Origin: Octopus sinensis
Taxonomy: Eukaryota
Assembly (NCBI RefSeq): GCF_006345805.1
Contig: NC_043004.1
Location: 70,556,001 to 70,620,000 of the forward strand
Direction: 5' to 3'
Length of the DNA stretch: 64,000 nucleotides
The notes beneath the pieces are model-generated. The model saw only the letters and a list, made by a program, of their open reading frames with translations, searched no databases and was not told the origin of the DNA. The first letter of the stretch is position 1; each line of letters begins with the position of its first letter. Position numbers and translations under genes: made by a program. Below, piece after piece: positions 24,461 to 38,769 of the stretch.

Positions 24461-25589
24461 ATATTGATGAGAACTGGATGCAAGTCTAGTTGATCGCTAA
24501 TAAGTTCTTAAAGGAGGAACCAGAGAAGAGAGCTCAGCTGAACAAGGGCCATGGAAATACTTATAGAAAAGCGACAAGGAAGCCACAGGACAATTTAGAA
24601 GATAGATCAGGACTAATAGCATTAAAATACAGCACTGAATATGGCCCAACAGAGTTAAAGAATCCACAGGAGTACCTGCCTATATGTGACAACAGTACTC
24701 AATGCAGTACTCAATGGTGGGCTTATAAAGATAAAGAATAGTCTCAGGAGTGAGATAACTCCTCGAACAAAGGAGTGAGCCTAACTTCATTGTAGCCGAT
24801 TTGGCAATAAATTCAGTGTAAGTCCTTCAAGAATTGTATCTGTTATTCAAAGGTCTAGCAATTTTGTCACCTGAGAATTATGTTAAGGATACACATGTCT
24901 GTGGAATACCCAACCACGTACAGGTTTATGTAACAAGTAGGTAGTTCAATTGATTGAACAACTGAATGGTCGTTATTGAAGCTGACAGAGATCCACGACC
25001 ACACTATCATCATTATTGCCATCATCATCATCATCATCATCTCTGTCATCACTATCTTTGTCATCACCACCATCTCTGTCATACTTCATATCTCCTTTAT
25101 AAGAGATATGAGTATGACTTAACATTAAAAGCAGAAGATTCTTGAATTGTTACTCTGAGTTTCACAATGTAGATTATTCAGATCATTAATTGAATAATCA
25201 GGAAGTTGTTTGGCTTAGTGGTTAGGGTATTTGGCTCACAAATCAATCCGTAAGGTTGTGAGTTCGATTCCCAGTAATGCATCATGCCCTTCAGAATAAC
25301 GTTTTACTTCACATTGCTCCAGTTCATTCAGCTAGCAAAAATGAGTGGTACCTGTATTTCAAAGGGCCAACCTTGTCACATTCCATGTCATGCTGATTCT
25401 CCCAGAGAACTACATTAAGGGTACACGTGTCTCTGGAGTGCTCAACCGCTTGCATGTTAATTTTATGAACAGACTGTTCTGTTGATCAGATCAACTGGAA
25501 CCCTTATCAAAAGCAATGGAATGCCAGATATTTGAATAATCAATAATATGAAACACAGTAAGGACTTTAAGAATCCTTAGCCTCTAACA

Positions 25590-25914
25590 CATATAGCTCA
25601 GTGGTTAGAGTGTCAGGCTCACAATCATGAGGTTGTGAGTTCAATTCCTGGACCAGGCAGTGTGTTATATTCTTGAGCAAAACACTTTATTTCACATTGC
25701 TCCAATTCACTCAGCTGTAGCAATGAGATGTGATGTCACTAATGCCAAGCTAAATCAGCCTTTGCCTTTCCCTTGGATAACATGGGTGGTGTGAAGAGGG
25801 GGGCTGGTATGCATGGGTGACTGCTGGTCTTCCATAAAACAACCTTGTGCCTCGGAGGGTGACTTTCTAGGTGTAATCCCATGGTCATTCATGACTGAAG
25901 GGGATCTTTTAGCC
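25590..25914 (+). mobile_element. CORE-like SINE with a 12-bp TSD
   Basis: A-box-like TAGCTCAGTGG, B-box-like GAGTTCAATTCC; TSD TAGCCT(C/T)TAACA at 25578-25589 and 25915-25926. Confidence 0.75.
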
Positions 25915-26846
25915 TAGCCTTTAACAAACTACACAAACTCTACTTGGCACATTGAGTACCTCCTTTTTAACCTTCACAAGAAGCCCACCCCTGGAGTTCA
26001 TGCCTCTCCACTCCACACCCTCTCTCTGAGGCATACTGGTTAAGCAAAGCCATTCCATTCATGAGGGAAGAAGTTGAAGTAGTATCCATAATCATTATAA
26101 TTCTACATCTCAGACGGGTAAGGTTAATCCAACTGGTACCCAGCCTAGACATTTGTGGTTTGTGGAATGGAGGCACATGGCTTAGTGGTTAGGGTGTTGG
26201 ACTCATGATCATAAGATTGTGGTTTCAATTCCTGGACCAAGTGACACATTGTGTTCTTGAGCAAAACACTTAATTTCACATTGTTCCAGCCCACTCAGCT
26301 GGCAAAAATGAATAATCCTGCGATGCACCAGCATTCTGTCCAGGTGGGGAATTTAGATGCCATAGAAACCAGGAAACTGGCCCTTATCAGTTGGCACGAC
26401 TTGAGAAGAAAGGAAGGTAACCATCTGTGGTTTAATCTGACTGGGAAAAAGGAAAGGAGAGAGTCTGGAGTAAATTTTAACTAAAGGTACTGAAAGGCCA
26501 GGTGGTACTGTTAAACACAGAGGAGAGTTGGGTCTCTAACCAAGTCTAGCATGTACGTGTGAAAGAAGCGTGAGAAATAAACAATATTTGTCTGCATGGT
26601 GGATTAAATGGACTTGCTGTGTATATTTGTGTGTGAAAAAGTGAAAGAGTATTTGGGGTGGGGTATGCATGCTTGTGTGTTTATTGATATCTCTTAGTGT
26701 ATATGTGTATCTGTGTGAGTGTGTGTGTGTGTGTGTGTAAGAGTAACAAGATGCACAAGTATGTATTTTATATGTCAGTGTATTTTGTGTGCGTGTGTGT
26801 GAATGTCTGTGTGTGTACATATTCACACATGCATACGCACGCTATA

Positions 26847-26884
<38 letters not shown>

Positions 26885-27142
26885 ATATGAATAATATATA
26901 TATATATACACACACTTACATGCATACACACACGATATAAGATATATATATATATATATTTCCACATATATATGTTACATCATCTTTCATATATATATAT
27001 ATATATAATAGATGATGTAACATATATATGTGGAAATATATATGTATAAGTGAATAAGTATGTGCTTCAATGTATATGCGTGTGCAAGTGTATGTGAGTT
27101 ACATATATGTGTATTTGTATATATAGATATATTTATGTGCAA

Positions 27143-27193
<51 letters not shown>

Positions 27194-27801
27194 TTTATTC
27201 ATTTTTATAAAACATCTCTGATGATGTTGTTATCTCCATATTCACATGCATGTAAAGTAAACAAAGAGGGATAAAAAAAGTACAAAACAAAACACAACAA
27301 AAAGCCTAATTTTATTGTCAGCATAAGTTTCTGTTTATCTAGCCTCAAAAATAAAAATGCTTCATCCATCACACCAGTTCCAAGACAGACAGACAGAGAA
27401 GCAGAGAGCAGAACATACAGAGAATGAGAAAATATAGAATGAATGCAAGGAAACTAAAGTGTTTTCCTGATGGGTTGTTTTCGTTGTTATTGTGCTTTTT
27501 CCAAACCAGAATTGCGGCTCTTTTGAATGAAATGAGAAACCATGACAGAATAGAAATGTTTTGATATTTTAAACTAACATCATTAGCTAACCGGTGGTCT
27601 TAAATCTGCTCCTCTGGTTATTAGTCTAATATCATACTGTGCCAACAAATGACTTAGAGTTTTACTCCATTTATTCTAAACTTCCAGAAAATTCTTTCAC
27701 ATCTCTCAAGGTCAATACAGGGATTATATAGCTTGTCATTTGTATTTCATATTTTATTTTTTTTACCTCAAACCGCTGAATCATTGGGACATAAACAAAC
27801 C

Positions 27802-27848
<47 letters not shown>

Positions 27849-27849
<1 letters not shown>

Positions 27850-28470
27850 AGGCATAGGAGTGGCTGTGTGGTAAGTAGCTTGCTTACCAACCACATGGTT
27901 CTGGGTTCAGTCCCACTGTGTGGCACCTTGGCAAGTGTCTTCTACTATAGCCTCGGGCTGACCAAAGCCTTGTGAGTGGATTTGGTAACATGGAAACTGA
28001 AAGAAGCCCGTCGTATTATTATTATATATAATATATATTATATATGTGTGTGTGTGTGTGTGTGTTTGTGTGCTTGTGTTTGTCCCCTCAACATCGCTTG
28101 ACAACCGATGATGGTGTGTTTTATCCCCGTCACTTAGTCTCGGGCTAACCCAAGTCTTGTGAGTAGATTTGGTAGACAGAAACTGAAAGAAGCATGTCGT
28201 ATATTATATATATATATATATATATATATTAATATATATATATATAACACACACATGTATATTTTTGTGTGTCTGTGTTGTCCCCCCACCATCGCTTGAC
28301 AACTGATGTTGGTGTGTTTACTTCCCCGTAACTTAGTGATTTGGCAAAAGAGACCAATAGAATAAGTACTAGGCTTACAAAGAATAAGTCCTGGGGTTGA
28401 TTTGCTCGACTAAAGGCGGTGCTCCAACATGGCCACAGTCACATGACTGAAACAAGTAAAAGAGTAATGA
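27849..28470 (+). mobile_element. SINE family A with an internal tandem duplication of about 190 bp
   Basis: The segment CTCGGGCT...GAAACTGAAAGAAGC..(TA)n..CATCGCTTGACAAC...CCCCGT(C/A)ACTTAG occurs twice. Confidence 0.8.
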
Positions 28471-28964
28471 GTAAAAAGAGTACATGATGGGCTTCCACGC
28501 AGTTTCCATCTACTAAATTCATTCACAAGGAATTGGTCAACATGGGGTTTCATCTTTTCAGTGTCAATAAAATAACTACCAGTGGAGCACTAGCATTGAT
28601 GTAATCGACTTAAACCTTCCCACAAACTTGCTGGCCTTGTGCCAAAATGTGAAAACAATAGTTTACATTCTATTTCTTTATATTCTGAATTCAAATCCTG
28701 CTGTCATTCAGCTTTGCCTATCATCCTTTTGGGGTTCAATAAAATAAAGTTCACCCTAACCAGTATATCATGCACATTCTCAATATGGAGTTTTGTATGT
28801 ATGATATAACAGTCATCTTAATATTAACATCTTTGAAATAAGCATTAAGATAGTGTGGTCATATTTAAAATGGGGGCATCAAATATGTTTACTCGAAATA
28901 ATGATATTGTGAGGAAATAAGCAATATTACACATTGTCTAGTGTAATTATTTCAGTAAAAGACA

Positions 28965-29010
28965 ATTCTAGGCATATTTCAGTCTTGTTAAGACCTCATC
29001 AGTGAAGCTT
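28965..29010 (-). ncRNA. Hammerhead-like core (degenerate)
   Basis: Minus strand CUUCA-CUGAUGA-GGUCUU-aac-AAGACU-GAAA-UAUGCC-UAGAA: canonical core spacing and a 6-bp stem II; stem III is two changes from ACAUGUC; stem I is poor. Confidence 0.4.
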
Positions 29011-29163
29011 AGATGTCACTGTACCTCCCAAAGTAGAGATCAGAGAATCATGAAGTAAATGCACAAGAATATATGTTACACTGGTTATCAGAGAAAGCTA
29101 GAATTGTTTCAAGAAACAATTCAATTACTCAGACATTCCATTATTCTTCTTTGTTTTTGGTTT

Positions 29164-29205
<42 letters not shown>

Positions 29206-29732
29206 ATGATTATGTTGTATCCTGACAAAACTGGCCTTGTTTCTGTAATCAAAACAAAACCTTATCTATATTATTTAAGAAATCATAAAACAAAACAACT
29301 CTGTTGGGGAAATATAAAAATCAGTTATAATAATATTTCCAAGGGTTAGACATTCTCTTCATTTTCCATTCATACTCCAAATTCCTTGCAGCAGACACAG
29401 TTTTGACACAATTCCTTTGTGACGATGTTTTCAACAACATAAACTGTATTAAGGGATCACATTGTCTATTTTATATCACATTTTGTGTACAATAATATCG
29501 TTCACAATAGGTTTCTGGCAGGGCAAACACTAGATCACTGCATTCCTGAGGGTAAGAGGTAAAAGAGAAAGTCTGCATGTTGTGTGACTTGGGGACAATA
29601 AATACCACAAGGTATTTTTGTGTGATAGCACCAATTCTTTTCCCTAGTATCCTTGTCAATGCATATATCTTTTACTAATATAAACATACACACAAACACA
29701 CACACACACACATATACATGGTGTGTGTGTAT

Positions 29733-29787
<55 letters not shown>

Positions 29788-29819
29788 CATATAAATATAT
29801 GTATATATATGTGTGTATG

Positions 29820-29852
<33 letters not shown>

Positions 29853-30185
29853 AAAAGCAGCAGAAAATATCAAAATATAACAGCTTTTGTTATATTTTCT
29901 GCTGCTTTTAAATAAAGTATATTACTCTACCTCTGGTATTTGAGTACTCTTTTTTCCACCTTGTTTCACATTTATGTGTTTACTCCAGTATATATATATA
30001 TATATGCATGTATATATATTTATAATATATATTATATAATACACACACCACCATATATATTCCCATTCCAAGTAACCTCCTACTAGAGATACCCAATACA
30101 CACATACACACATATACATACATATATACATTGATACATACATACACCATACATACATACACACACACATACATACATACATACA

Positions 30186-30215
<30 letters not shown>

Positions 30216-30216
<1 letters not shown>

Positions 30217-30629
30217 TCTCTTTTACTCTTTTACTTGTTTCAGTCATTTGACTGCGGCCATGCTGGAGCACCGCCTTTAGTCGAGCAAATCGACCCCGGG
30301 ACTTATTCTTTGTAAGCCCAGTACTTATTCTATCGGTCTCTTTCTGCCGAACCGCTAAGTGACGGGGACGTAAACCACACCAGCATCGGTTTGTCCAAGC
30401 AATGCTAGGGAGGCAAACACAGACACACAAACACACACACATAAACATATATATAATATACATATATACGACAGGCTTCTTTCAGTTTCCATCTACCAAA
30501 TCCACTCACAAGGCATTGGTCGACCCGAGCTATAGCAGAAGACCTCTGCCCTAAGATGCCACGCAGTGGACTTAACTCGGAACCATGTGGTTGTTAGCAA
30601 CTACTTACCACACAGCCACTCCTGTGCCT
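30216..30629 (-). mobile_element. SINE family A, young (CpG-rich)
   Basis: Near-consensus copy. Confidence 0.9.
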
Positions 30630-31187
30630 ATATGTATGTATATATATATATATTTGAAAAAATGAATAGAACTGGCTTTTCTGATAATTTTTCCACTTTA
30701 ATAATTTGATGTTTATAAGTTTACATAAGGTGACTCTGATAGAAGTTTCTCACTTTAAAAGTGGTTTTCAAATTGATATTTTTTAGAGTTTATTATTCAC
30801 TGCTTAAATAGGGAGTGTTTAATTACAAACATACACACATACATACATACACTAACACTCCCACCACGCACACACACATAGGCATATATATGTGTGTGTG
30901 TGTATGTATGAGCATGTGCACATATGCATACATGTATTTCTTTACTACCCACAAGGGGCTAAACACAGAGGGGACAAACAAGGACAGACAAACGGATTAA
31001 GTCGATCACATCGATCTCAGTGCTTAACTGGTGCTTAATTTATCGACCCCAAAAGGATGAAAGGCAAAGTCGACCTCGGCGGAGTTTGAACTCAGAACGT
31101 AACGGCAGACGAAATACGGCTACGCATTTCCCCCGGCGTAAAGAATTAAAAAGTTAAGGTATCGCCCCACTGAAAACCAGATGACCT

Positions 31188-31570
31188 GGGCATCAAACGT
31201 CGTGGCTGGCAATTTCAAAAACCATATATGTAAAACCTGCTAATATTTTTCTCTCTGTATTAGGTGATGACCTGACAGAATTATTAGCAGGCTGGAAAAA
31301 ATGCTTTAAATGCTTAAAGGTAAATTTGACCATGGTAGAATTTACTCAGATCATAAAGGGCATCGAAGACATTGTGGTTAGCAATTCAAAAACCATATCT
31401 GTAAAACCTGCTAATATTTTTCTATCTGTATTAGGTGATCTGAGTAAATTCTTTATGATCTGAGTAAATTCTACCATGATCAAATTTACCTTTCAGTCTT
31501 TAGGGCTCAATAAATTAAGTACCAGTTGAGTACTGGGGGTTGATGTAAGTGACTTACTCCCCCCTGCCAC
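31188..31570 (+). repeat. Rearranged SINE B with inverted 43-bp copy and duplicated flank
   Basis: 31188-31268 is duplicated at 31358-31439; 31316-31358 is the reverse complement of 31451-31493 (1 mismatch). Confidence 0.85.
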
Positions 31571-32137
31571 CCAGAACAAACTGACCTTATTCTTTACTTT
31601 TATTCTTTTATTTGTTTCAGTCATTCAACTGCGGCCATGTTAAAGCATTGTCTTTAGTCGAGCAATCGACCCCAGGACTTATTCTTTGTAAGCCAAGTAC
31701 TTATTCTATCGGTCTCTTTTGCCAAATCGCTAAGTTACAGGGTAGTAAACACACCAACATCGATTGTCAAACGATGGTGAGGGAACAAACACAGACACAC
31801 AAACATATACATACATATATATATATATACAACAGGCTTCTTTTAGTTTCTGCCTACCAAATCCACTCACAAGGCTTTGGTCAGCCCAAGGCTATAGTAG
31901 AAGATATTTGCCCAAGATTCAACACAGTGAAACTGAACCTGAAGCCATGTAGTTAGTAAGCAGGCTACTTACCACACAGCCACTCCTGTGCCATATAAAA
32001 GTTATGGAATGAAATAAGGATGATTATATGAGCTCTGTTGTTCATGAACACTAATACAAAATTAATAATTACACATTAATAGTGAATAATGATGCACACA
32101 CACACACTCACACACCACACACATATATAGCACTTAC

Positions 32138-32251
32138 CTTAACTTCATAACAGATAATGAAGAGGTCCTCTGATGTACCTCTTTGGTAAAATCCCAATGG
32201 TAGTTGGTCTTCCTGGCAGCTATTTCAAGCTTATCTTTCTATGTATAAAAC
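32138..32251 (-). other. Candidate 114-nt exon (non-coding or start-containing)
   Basis: Acceptor aaatacattctctttacag|G and donor AAG|gtaagtg. All three frames have an early stop; ATG AAG TTA AG lies at the 3' end (32148-32138). Confidence 0.45.
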
Positions 32252-34363
32252 CTGTAAAGAGAATGTATTTAATTATAATTGTAATAGAGTAAACATGAGG
32301 TATGCACCTAAAGTTTGTAACATAGCAAATATGATTTATAACATGTTGAAAATTAGCTTTTGATATAATGTGTAAGAAGGCAGTGAGCTGGCAGAATTGT
32401 TGGCACACCAGGCAAAATGCTTAGTGGCATTTCATCCATCTTTACCATCTGAGTTCAAATTCCGCTGGGTCGATAGAATAGATACCAGTTGAACACTGGG
32501 GTCGATGTAATCAAGTTACCCTTTCCCTGAAATTGCTGGCCTTGTGCCAAAATTTGAAATCAATATGATATGTAACAAAATAACATCTTTGTAATATGGT
32601 AAAACTGGTTTGTAACATGATGAACCTTGGTTTGCAACAACATGAAGACTCAGTTTGTGACATGCTGAAATTTGATTTGTAATATGGTAAAACTGGTTTG
32701 TATTCTTTGCAACATGGTCTTTTTATCAAAAGTATCAAGGAAGGTAGCCTTGTGCCAGTTGATGAGAGATTAAGAGAATAACAGAAGAATAGAGATAGGG
32801 ATCTTGCTGTAGAGAAGATACAAGGATACCCGAATTGAAGGAGAAAGCAGAAGAGAGGCTTAGAGAGAAAGATAGAAATGGAAAGTGAGAGATGTTGATA
32901 AATGTGTACCTCAAGGTACAGTGGAGGGGTGAATACAGGTGAAATGACACAGAGGATTGGAATGGGAGAGTGGGCAATGGGTGAGAGAGGGACAAAGAGG
33001 AAAGTTTCATAAGAATGTGAGGAGAACTCTTTGGGAAAGCAGGGCTAGTTTTATAATAATGTAATGAAAGAGGAAAAAAAATACTGGGATGAACTTTTTC
33101 CAACTAAACCCTTCAAGAAGTTGCCCCAGAATGGACACAGTGCATTGAGTGAAACAAATAAAATATAAAAGATTAAAGATGATTAATGAAAACCTGACAG
33201 AATATGATGGTTGTTTGGAGAAAGGATGTGTCTATCTTAATTCTAAATACCGACAATATCCTTTGAAGTAGGTCTGATATTCTTCTAAAGGAAAGAATCA
33301 AATACACCATTATGAGAGAAGTGGAGGAGGAAGCAGTTCCGTTGTGGGCGGATGAAGAACCACAGGTGTTGAAATTTCAAAAAGATTCTAATTAAAGAAA
33401 TTAGAGTATGTAGGTAAATAGGTAGGTAGGTGGATAGGTAAGTAGGTAAGTGGTGAAAACTAAACTTTTATTCTGTCTTGTTATTTTCCTTGCATTTTTT
33501 TGTGCATCGGTATGTGTGTGTGTGCATACATGCTAATGTATGTGTGCATGCGAGAATGTGCACATGAGTATGTGTGAGTACATGCATGCATGTGTGTGTG
33601 TGCGTGAGTGTGTCTGTGAGTGTGTGTGTTTCAGTGAATGTGTGTGTGTTAGTGTGTATGTGAGTGTGTGCGTTTGAGTGAGTGTATCTGTGAGTGTGTC
33701 TCTGAGTGAATGTGTGTGTAAATTTGTGAGTGTGTGTGTGTGTGTTATACTTTGCTTTCTTGATAATTCTATAAATACAGTCTCAGTTCCTGCTCATCAT
33801 TACTCTTCACTTACATAAACTTCCATCAACACCTGTAGATTTGCTTGTAGAACCATCAGGGAGATGTTTGCCTAACATTACACAAAAAAATAAAATTTTA
33901 AAAAATGACTCTATTGAGTTGAGTTGATTAATAATAGTCTGGTAAACCTGATGTCTTATATTATTATAATGCCAGGAATGAAAGACAGAATTTAGCAGTT
34001 TGGAAGAATTTTCAATAAACAAATATTTGAGCATTTTTGTTTTCTTCTTTAACCAATGTTTTTATTTTTTTTTTTTGGCTATAAAGAGAACTTTTGTTAT
34101 AGAAAAAAGAAAAGACTGTTTACATGGTCATATTATTTTTTTTATTTTTTACTTGTTTCAATAATTGGACTGTAGTTATGCTGGGGCATTACTGTGAAGG
34201 GTTTTAATTGAACAGATCACCTCCAGTATCTATTTTTAAATTTGGTACTTATTCCATCGATATTTTTTGCCAAACTGCAAAAAATATCAAAACTATGAAC
34301 AAACCAACACTGGTTGTTAAGTGATGGAGAGGGACAAACACAAACTGAAGACACATGCACACA

Positions 34364-34394
<31 letters not shown>

Positions 34395-34699
34395 TGCTTA
34401 ATGCCTCTAATCCAATCACAGTAAATTAACTGGAATATAAAAAGAGAAACCTATCACTTTGTCAGTTCCAGTGTCTGATATTGAAGAGAAGATAACTACT
34501 CTAAAATTCATGCAGCTATCTGGAAAGGGAACTTTGAACTAACTTGGTGTGTTTATAGCGATTTATCTACAGTAAGAAATTTTCTCTGTGACAAAAAATA
34601 CAGCAAATGGTTTTCTTATTGGTTCGAATATGCCTTGAGTATATTTTTTGAACTGGTAACAAGTTTATACATTTATATAATTTATATATATATATCTTC

Positions 34700-35150
34700 A
34701 TCATCATCATCATAATCATCGTTTAACGTCTGTTTTCCATGCTAGCATGGGTTGGACAGTTCAACCAGGGCCTGGGAAGCCAGGAGGCTGCCCCAGGCTC
34801 CAATCTGATCTGGAAGTGTTTCTACACCTACATGAGTGTAGTGGGTGCTTTTTACATGCCACCAGCACAGGGGCCAGAGGAGGCTGGCAAATGGCCACGA
34901 TCAGTTGGTGCTTTTTACGTGTCACCGGCAAGGACACCAGTCAAGGCGGCGCTGGCATCAGCCATGTTTGGATGGTGCTTTTTAAGTGCCACTGGCATGG
35001 GTATCACAAGTATAATTTCCATTTGATTTTTATTTTGATGTTGACGTACTTGACTCAATAGGTGTCCTCAAGCACAGCAGGTCACCCTATAATCCAAGGT
35101 TAGCACAGCAGGCCGTCCTGCGAGCCATGAACTCACTTTATTTCTCACTT
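34700..35150 (-). mobile_element. Longest family D copy
   Basis: (CAT)n tail, D body, GGTGCTTTTTACGTG(C/T)CACCGGC modules, then additional 5' sequence (...GAGGACACCTATTGAGTCAAGTACGTCAAC...). Confidence 0.75.
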
Positions 35151-35818
35151 TATTTCACAGCATATCTCAGAGGATATATATATATATATATATATATGAC
35201 AGGTTTCCACACAGTTTCCATCTGCCAAATAATTCACTATTCATGTAGTTGATCAGCTTCACACTATACTGGAATGTACATGTCCTAAGTGCCACACTGT
35301 GGGACTGAACCTGAAGCCACATGGTCACCATGCAAACTTCCTTATTGCACACCCATGATTGTGCAGTACCCATAATATTTTACAGGACCTCTGAGACTGG
35401 TGGGGATGATCCTCAAACCATAGATCAGGCCTAAATGCTAGAACAGAGTGGGTACCACTAAAAGCAAATGAGGTCCACATAGTGATGCTAAACCAAGCAA
35501 TGGATTAAGCCTATCACTTAAGTAAGCTACAGTGGGATTTGAACTCAGAATGCAAACAACTGGAACAAATACCACAAGGTATTCAGTCTAATTTACTTAA
35601 AATTTGCCCAATCTATTGCTGAAAATTAGTACTTAAGAAGAAAAGCAAAGTTGAATTCAACTAGACTTGAACTCAGAGCCCAGAGAGCTTGACCAAATAT
35701 TATGAAGTATTCCACCCAGTGCCCAAAGGACATATGATTAAATCCATACATGTATGGATGGGTGAATGTAAGTATGTATATATGTGTCTATGTGTATGTG
35801 TATATCTATGTTCATATA

Positions 35819-35849
<31 letters not shown>

Positions 35850-35906
35850 GTATGTATATATGTGTGTATGCTTATATAGAAGTGTGTGTGTATGTACACA
35901 CTACGT

Positions 35907-36285
35907 GGCACTCCATCAGTTATGACGATGAGGGTTCCAGTTGATCCAATCAACAGAACAGCCTGCTTGTGAAATTAACGTGCAAGTGGCTGAGCACTCC
36001 ACAGACATGTGTACCCTTAACGTAGTTCTTGGGGAGATTCAGCATGACAATGAGTGTGACAAAGCTGGCCCTTTGAAATACAGGGACAACAGAAACAGGA
36101 AGAAAGAGTGAGAGAAAGTTGTGGTGAAAGAGTACAGCAGGGGTCACCACCACCACCCCTTGCTGGAGCCTTGTGGAGCTTCAGGTGTTTTCGTTCAATA
36201 AACACTCACAATGCCCAGTCTAGGAATCAAAACTGCGATCTTACAACTGCAAGACTGCTGCCCTAACTACTGGGCCATTGTGCCT
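35907..36285 (-). mobile_element. SINE family C
   Basis: Collinear with 53085-53468. Confidence 0.85.
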
Positions 36286-37218
36286 ATATATAGTGTGTAT
36301 GTGTATGTATGCACTATACATTCATTCTTCACTTTTGCTTTATTATTGATTTTATTTTGGTGTCCTTTTTTCTGAAATCTTTCATCACACATCCTGTGAA
36401 CTCTTCAGCAACTCTCCTCCTGCTCTGTTTAGTCCATTCTTGATGGACAAAACAGAACATGTGTGTGTGTGTGTGTGTGTGTATGTGTGTGTGTGTGTGC
36501 GTGTGTGTGTGTGTGTGTGTATCTGTCTGTCTGCCTATGTATGTGTTTGTATGTGTGTCTATGTGTTCGTGTTTGTGTATATATGTATATATGTACATGT
36601 GTGTGTATGTATGTATGTATGTATATCATTATTCAGTTTTATTTCAAGATTTCTTGCCAATAGAGACAGAACCAGTTTCTAACCTAGATCCAAGGCTCCT
36701 TCATTGAAATTTCTACATCAACAACAGAGCATTTTTGTTTGCATGTATGTATGTACATACGTGCGTATGTATGTATGTATGTGTAGATTTGTGTTTTATG
36801 CATGTATTCTTATGCATACAGTTGCATTTATAGACATGTATGTGTGTGTGTGTGTGAGTGTGTGCGTGTGTGTCTTCAAGTGTATATTGCACCAAAAGGG
36901 AGGTGAACTGAAAGAATCAATAATATGTGAATCCATTTTAAACTGTGGATAATGGTCAAGATGCAGGCATTTACAAATAGATGCCCATTCAACCACATAC
37001 ATGAAAGATTACTAATAAGAAATGGCAGCTTGCAACAATTGTCTACACCTCAAAGAGCATATCAGAAAACAGCTTGTGTAGTTGTTTGTAGCTAAAGCTG
37101 AACTTATTGATTACTGTAAGACATTTTCACAACATAGAATTTCCCTGCAAATAGCTATTATTCTGTATGTAAACACTAAGAATATTCCCTCTTTCCTCTC
37201 AGTTCCTAAATGACTTAC

Positions 37219-37224
37219 AATGTT
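37219..37224 (-). other. Candidate 6-nt microexon AACATT
   Basis: Minus strand gtgttttttcctttatcttttcttcatag|AACATT|gtaagtc in unique sequence. Confidence 0.3.
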
Positions 37225-38016
37225 CTATGAAGAAAAGATAAAGGAAAAAACACATTCGTGAATTTCTTGCAGATTGTAATGATTTTTTATCTTTAATGAA
37301 ATGTCTCAATTGTAAAATAATGATTTATTAATAAGTCACTGGTTATATCATGCTGACAATTTCTAAAAAGAATAAAAGAGTGCTATACATGATTACCACC
37401 AGCTAGAAATTGTAAGAATTTTATAATAGGTAAACAAAAAAAGATTGGAGATATGAATTCTGTGAATCTTTTTCCATGTAATCCCTCAATTTAAAATACA
37501 AATTTCTAATTCCACCTTGTAATTGCTATTATCACTAAGGAAACCACATGTGTCGGACAGAATATTTTGCAATATTTACAACACATTTTCTTTTATGCCA
37601 TTATGATCTGAATAAGTCGGTTCATCCTCCTGGGATTAATAAAGTAATGTAGAAGTCAAACACTGGGGTCGAATTTAATCAACTATATTTGCTCTCCAGA
37701 AATGTTCTGGTGATAAATTGGGTGACTGTTTGCTACAGACCCCCTTACAGAAGACTTTATCTCTTCAAGTAGTATGTTAAAACTAAGTCAACCTTGACAG
37801 AAACTATCTCCTCTGTGATCTATAGAGCATGATATAGCGCAAGTTATAACACATTAGTGAAGTTCATAACAGACCTAGCTAGATGAGAGTCATCTACTAC
37901 TACTACAACTACTACTACTACTACTGCTACTACTGCTGCTGCTGCTACTACTACTACTACTATAACTACTACTACTACTTACACATCCACACATATTCAG
38001 ATGCATACAAACATAA

Positions 38017-38055
<39 letters not shown>

Positions 38056-38769
38056 CATACATACATACACACATACATACATGTGCACGTACAGATACAC
38101 ATATATGTTGACATACATACACACACATATATATATATAAACACACACACATGTAAACATATGCACATTCATAAGCATACACATACACATAAAATATGTA
38201 CATATATATACACATGCATCACAACCACAACCATTATACATACATTCACATTTATACAGGCATAAATATACAGTTATATATAAGCAAATATGTATACATA
38301 CATTTGCTCATGCAGATACAGGTATATACAGTCATATACATACACTCATATACATACCCACACTCATAAGCATAAACACATATGATACAGACACAAATGC
38401 ATTTATATATAAGCACACACATATGCATATTCACATAGACACATATACATACAGTACATTGACATATATACACATATACACACATTCACATAGACACACA
38501 TATGCACATACACACATGTACATTCACCATATATACATATATACACATATTCAAACATAATGAATTTCCCACACATATACATATTCTTTCTTTCTGCACC
38601 ATCAGGTTGATAAATGACCCTTGATGACCTTGACAAGCACTGTATGCTTGTCATAGGAGAATAGAAAAGCCTATTCCTTCAGGTGTGTTTTACAAAACAC
38701 CAACTTCTCAGCTAAATACTGACATGTCCACCACACCTACCTGGGTATTCAGCATATAAAGCACAGAAA

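Noticed and set aside
27510-27564. Possible plus-strand terminal exon IAALLNEMRNHDRIEMF*
   Set aside because: Only 18 codons, with a moderate acceptor and no linked exons.
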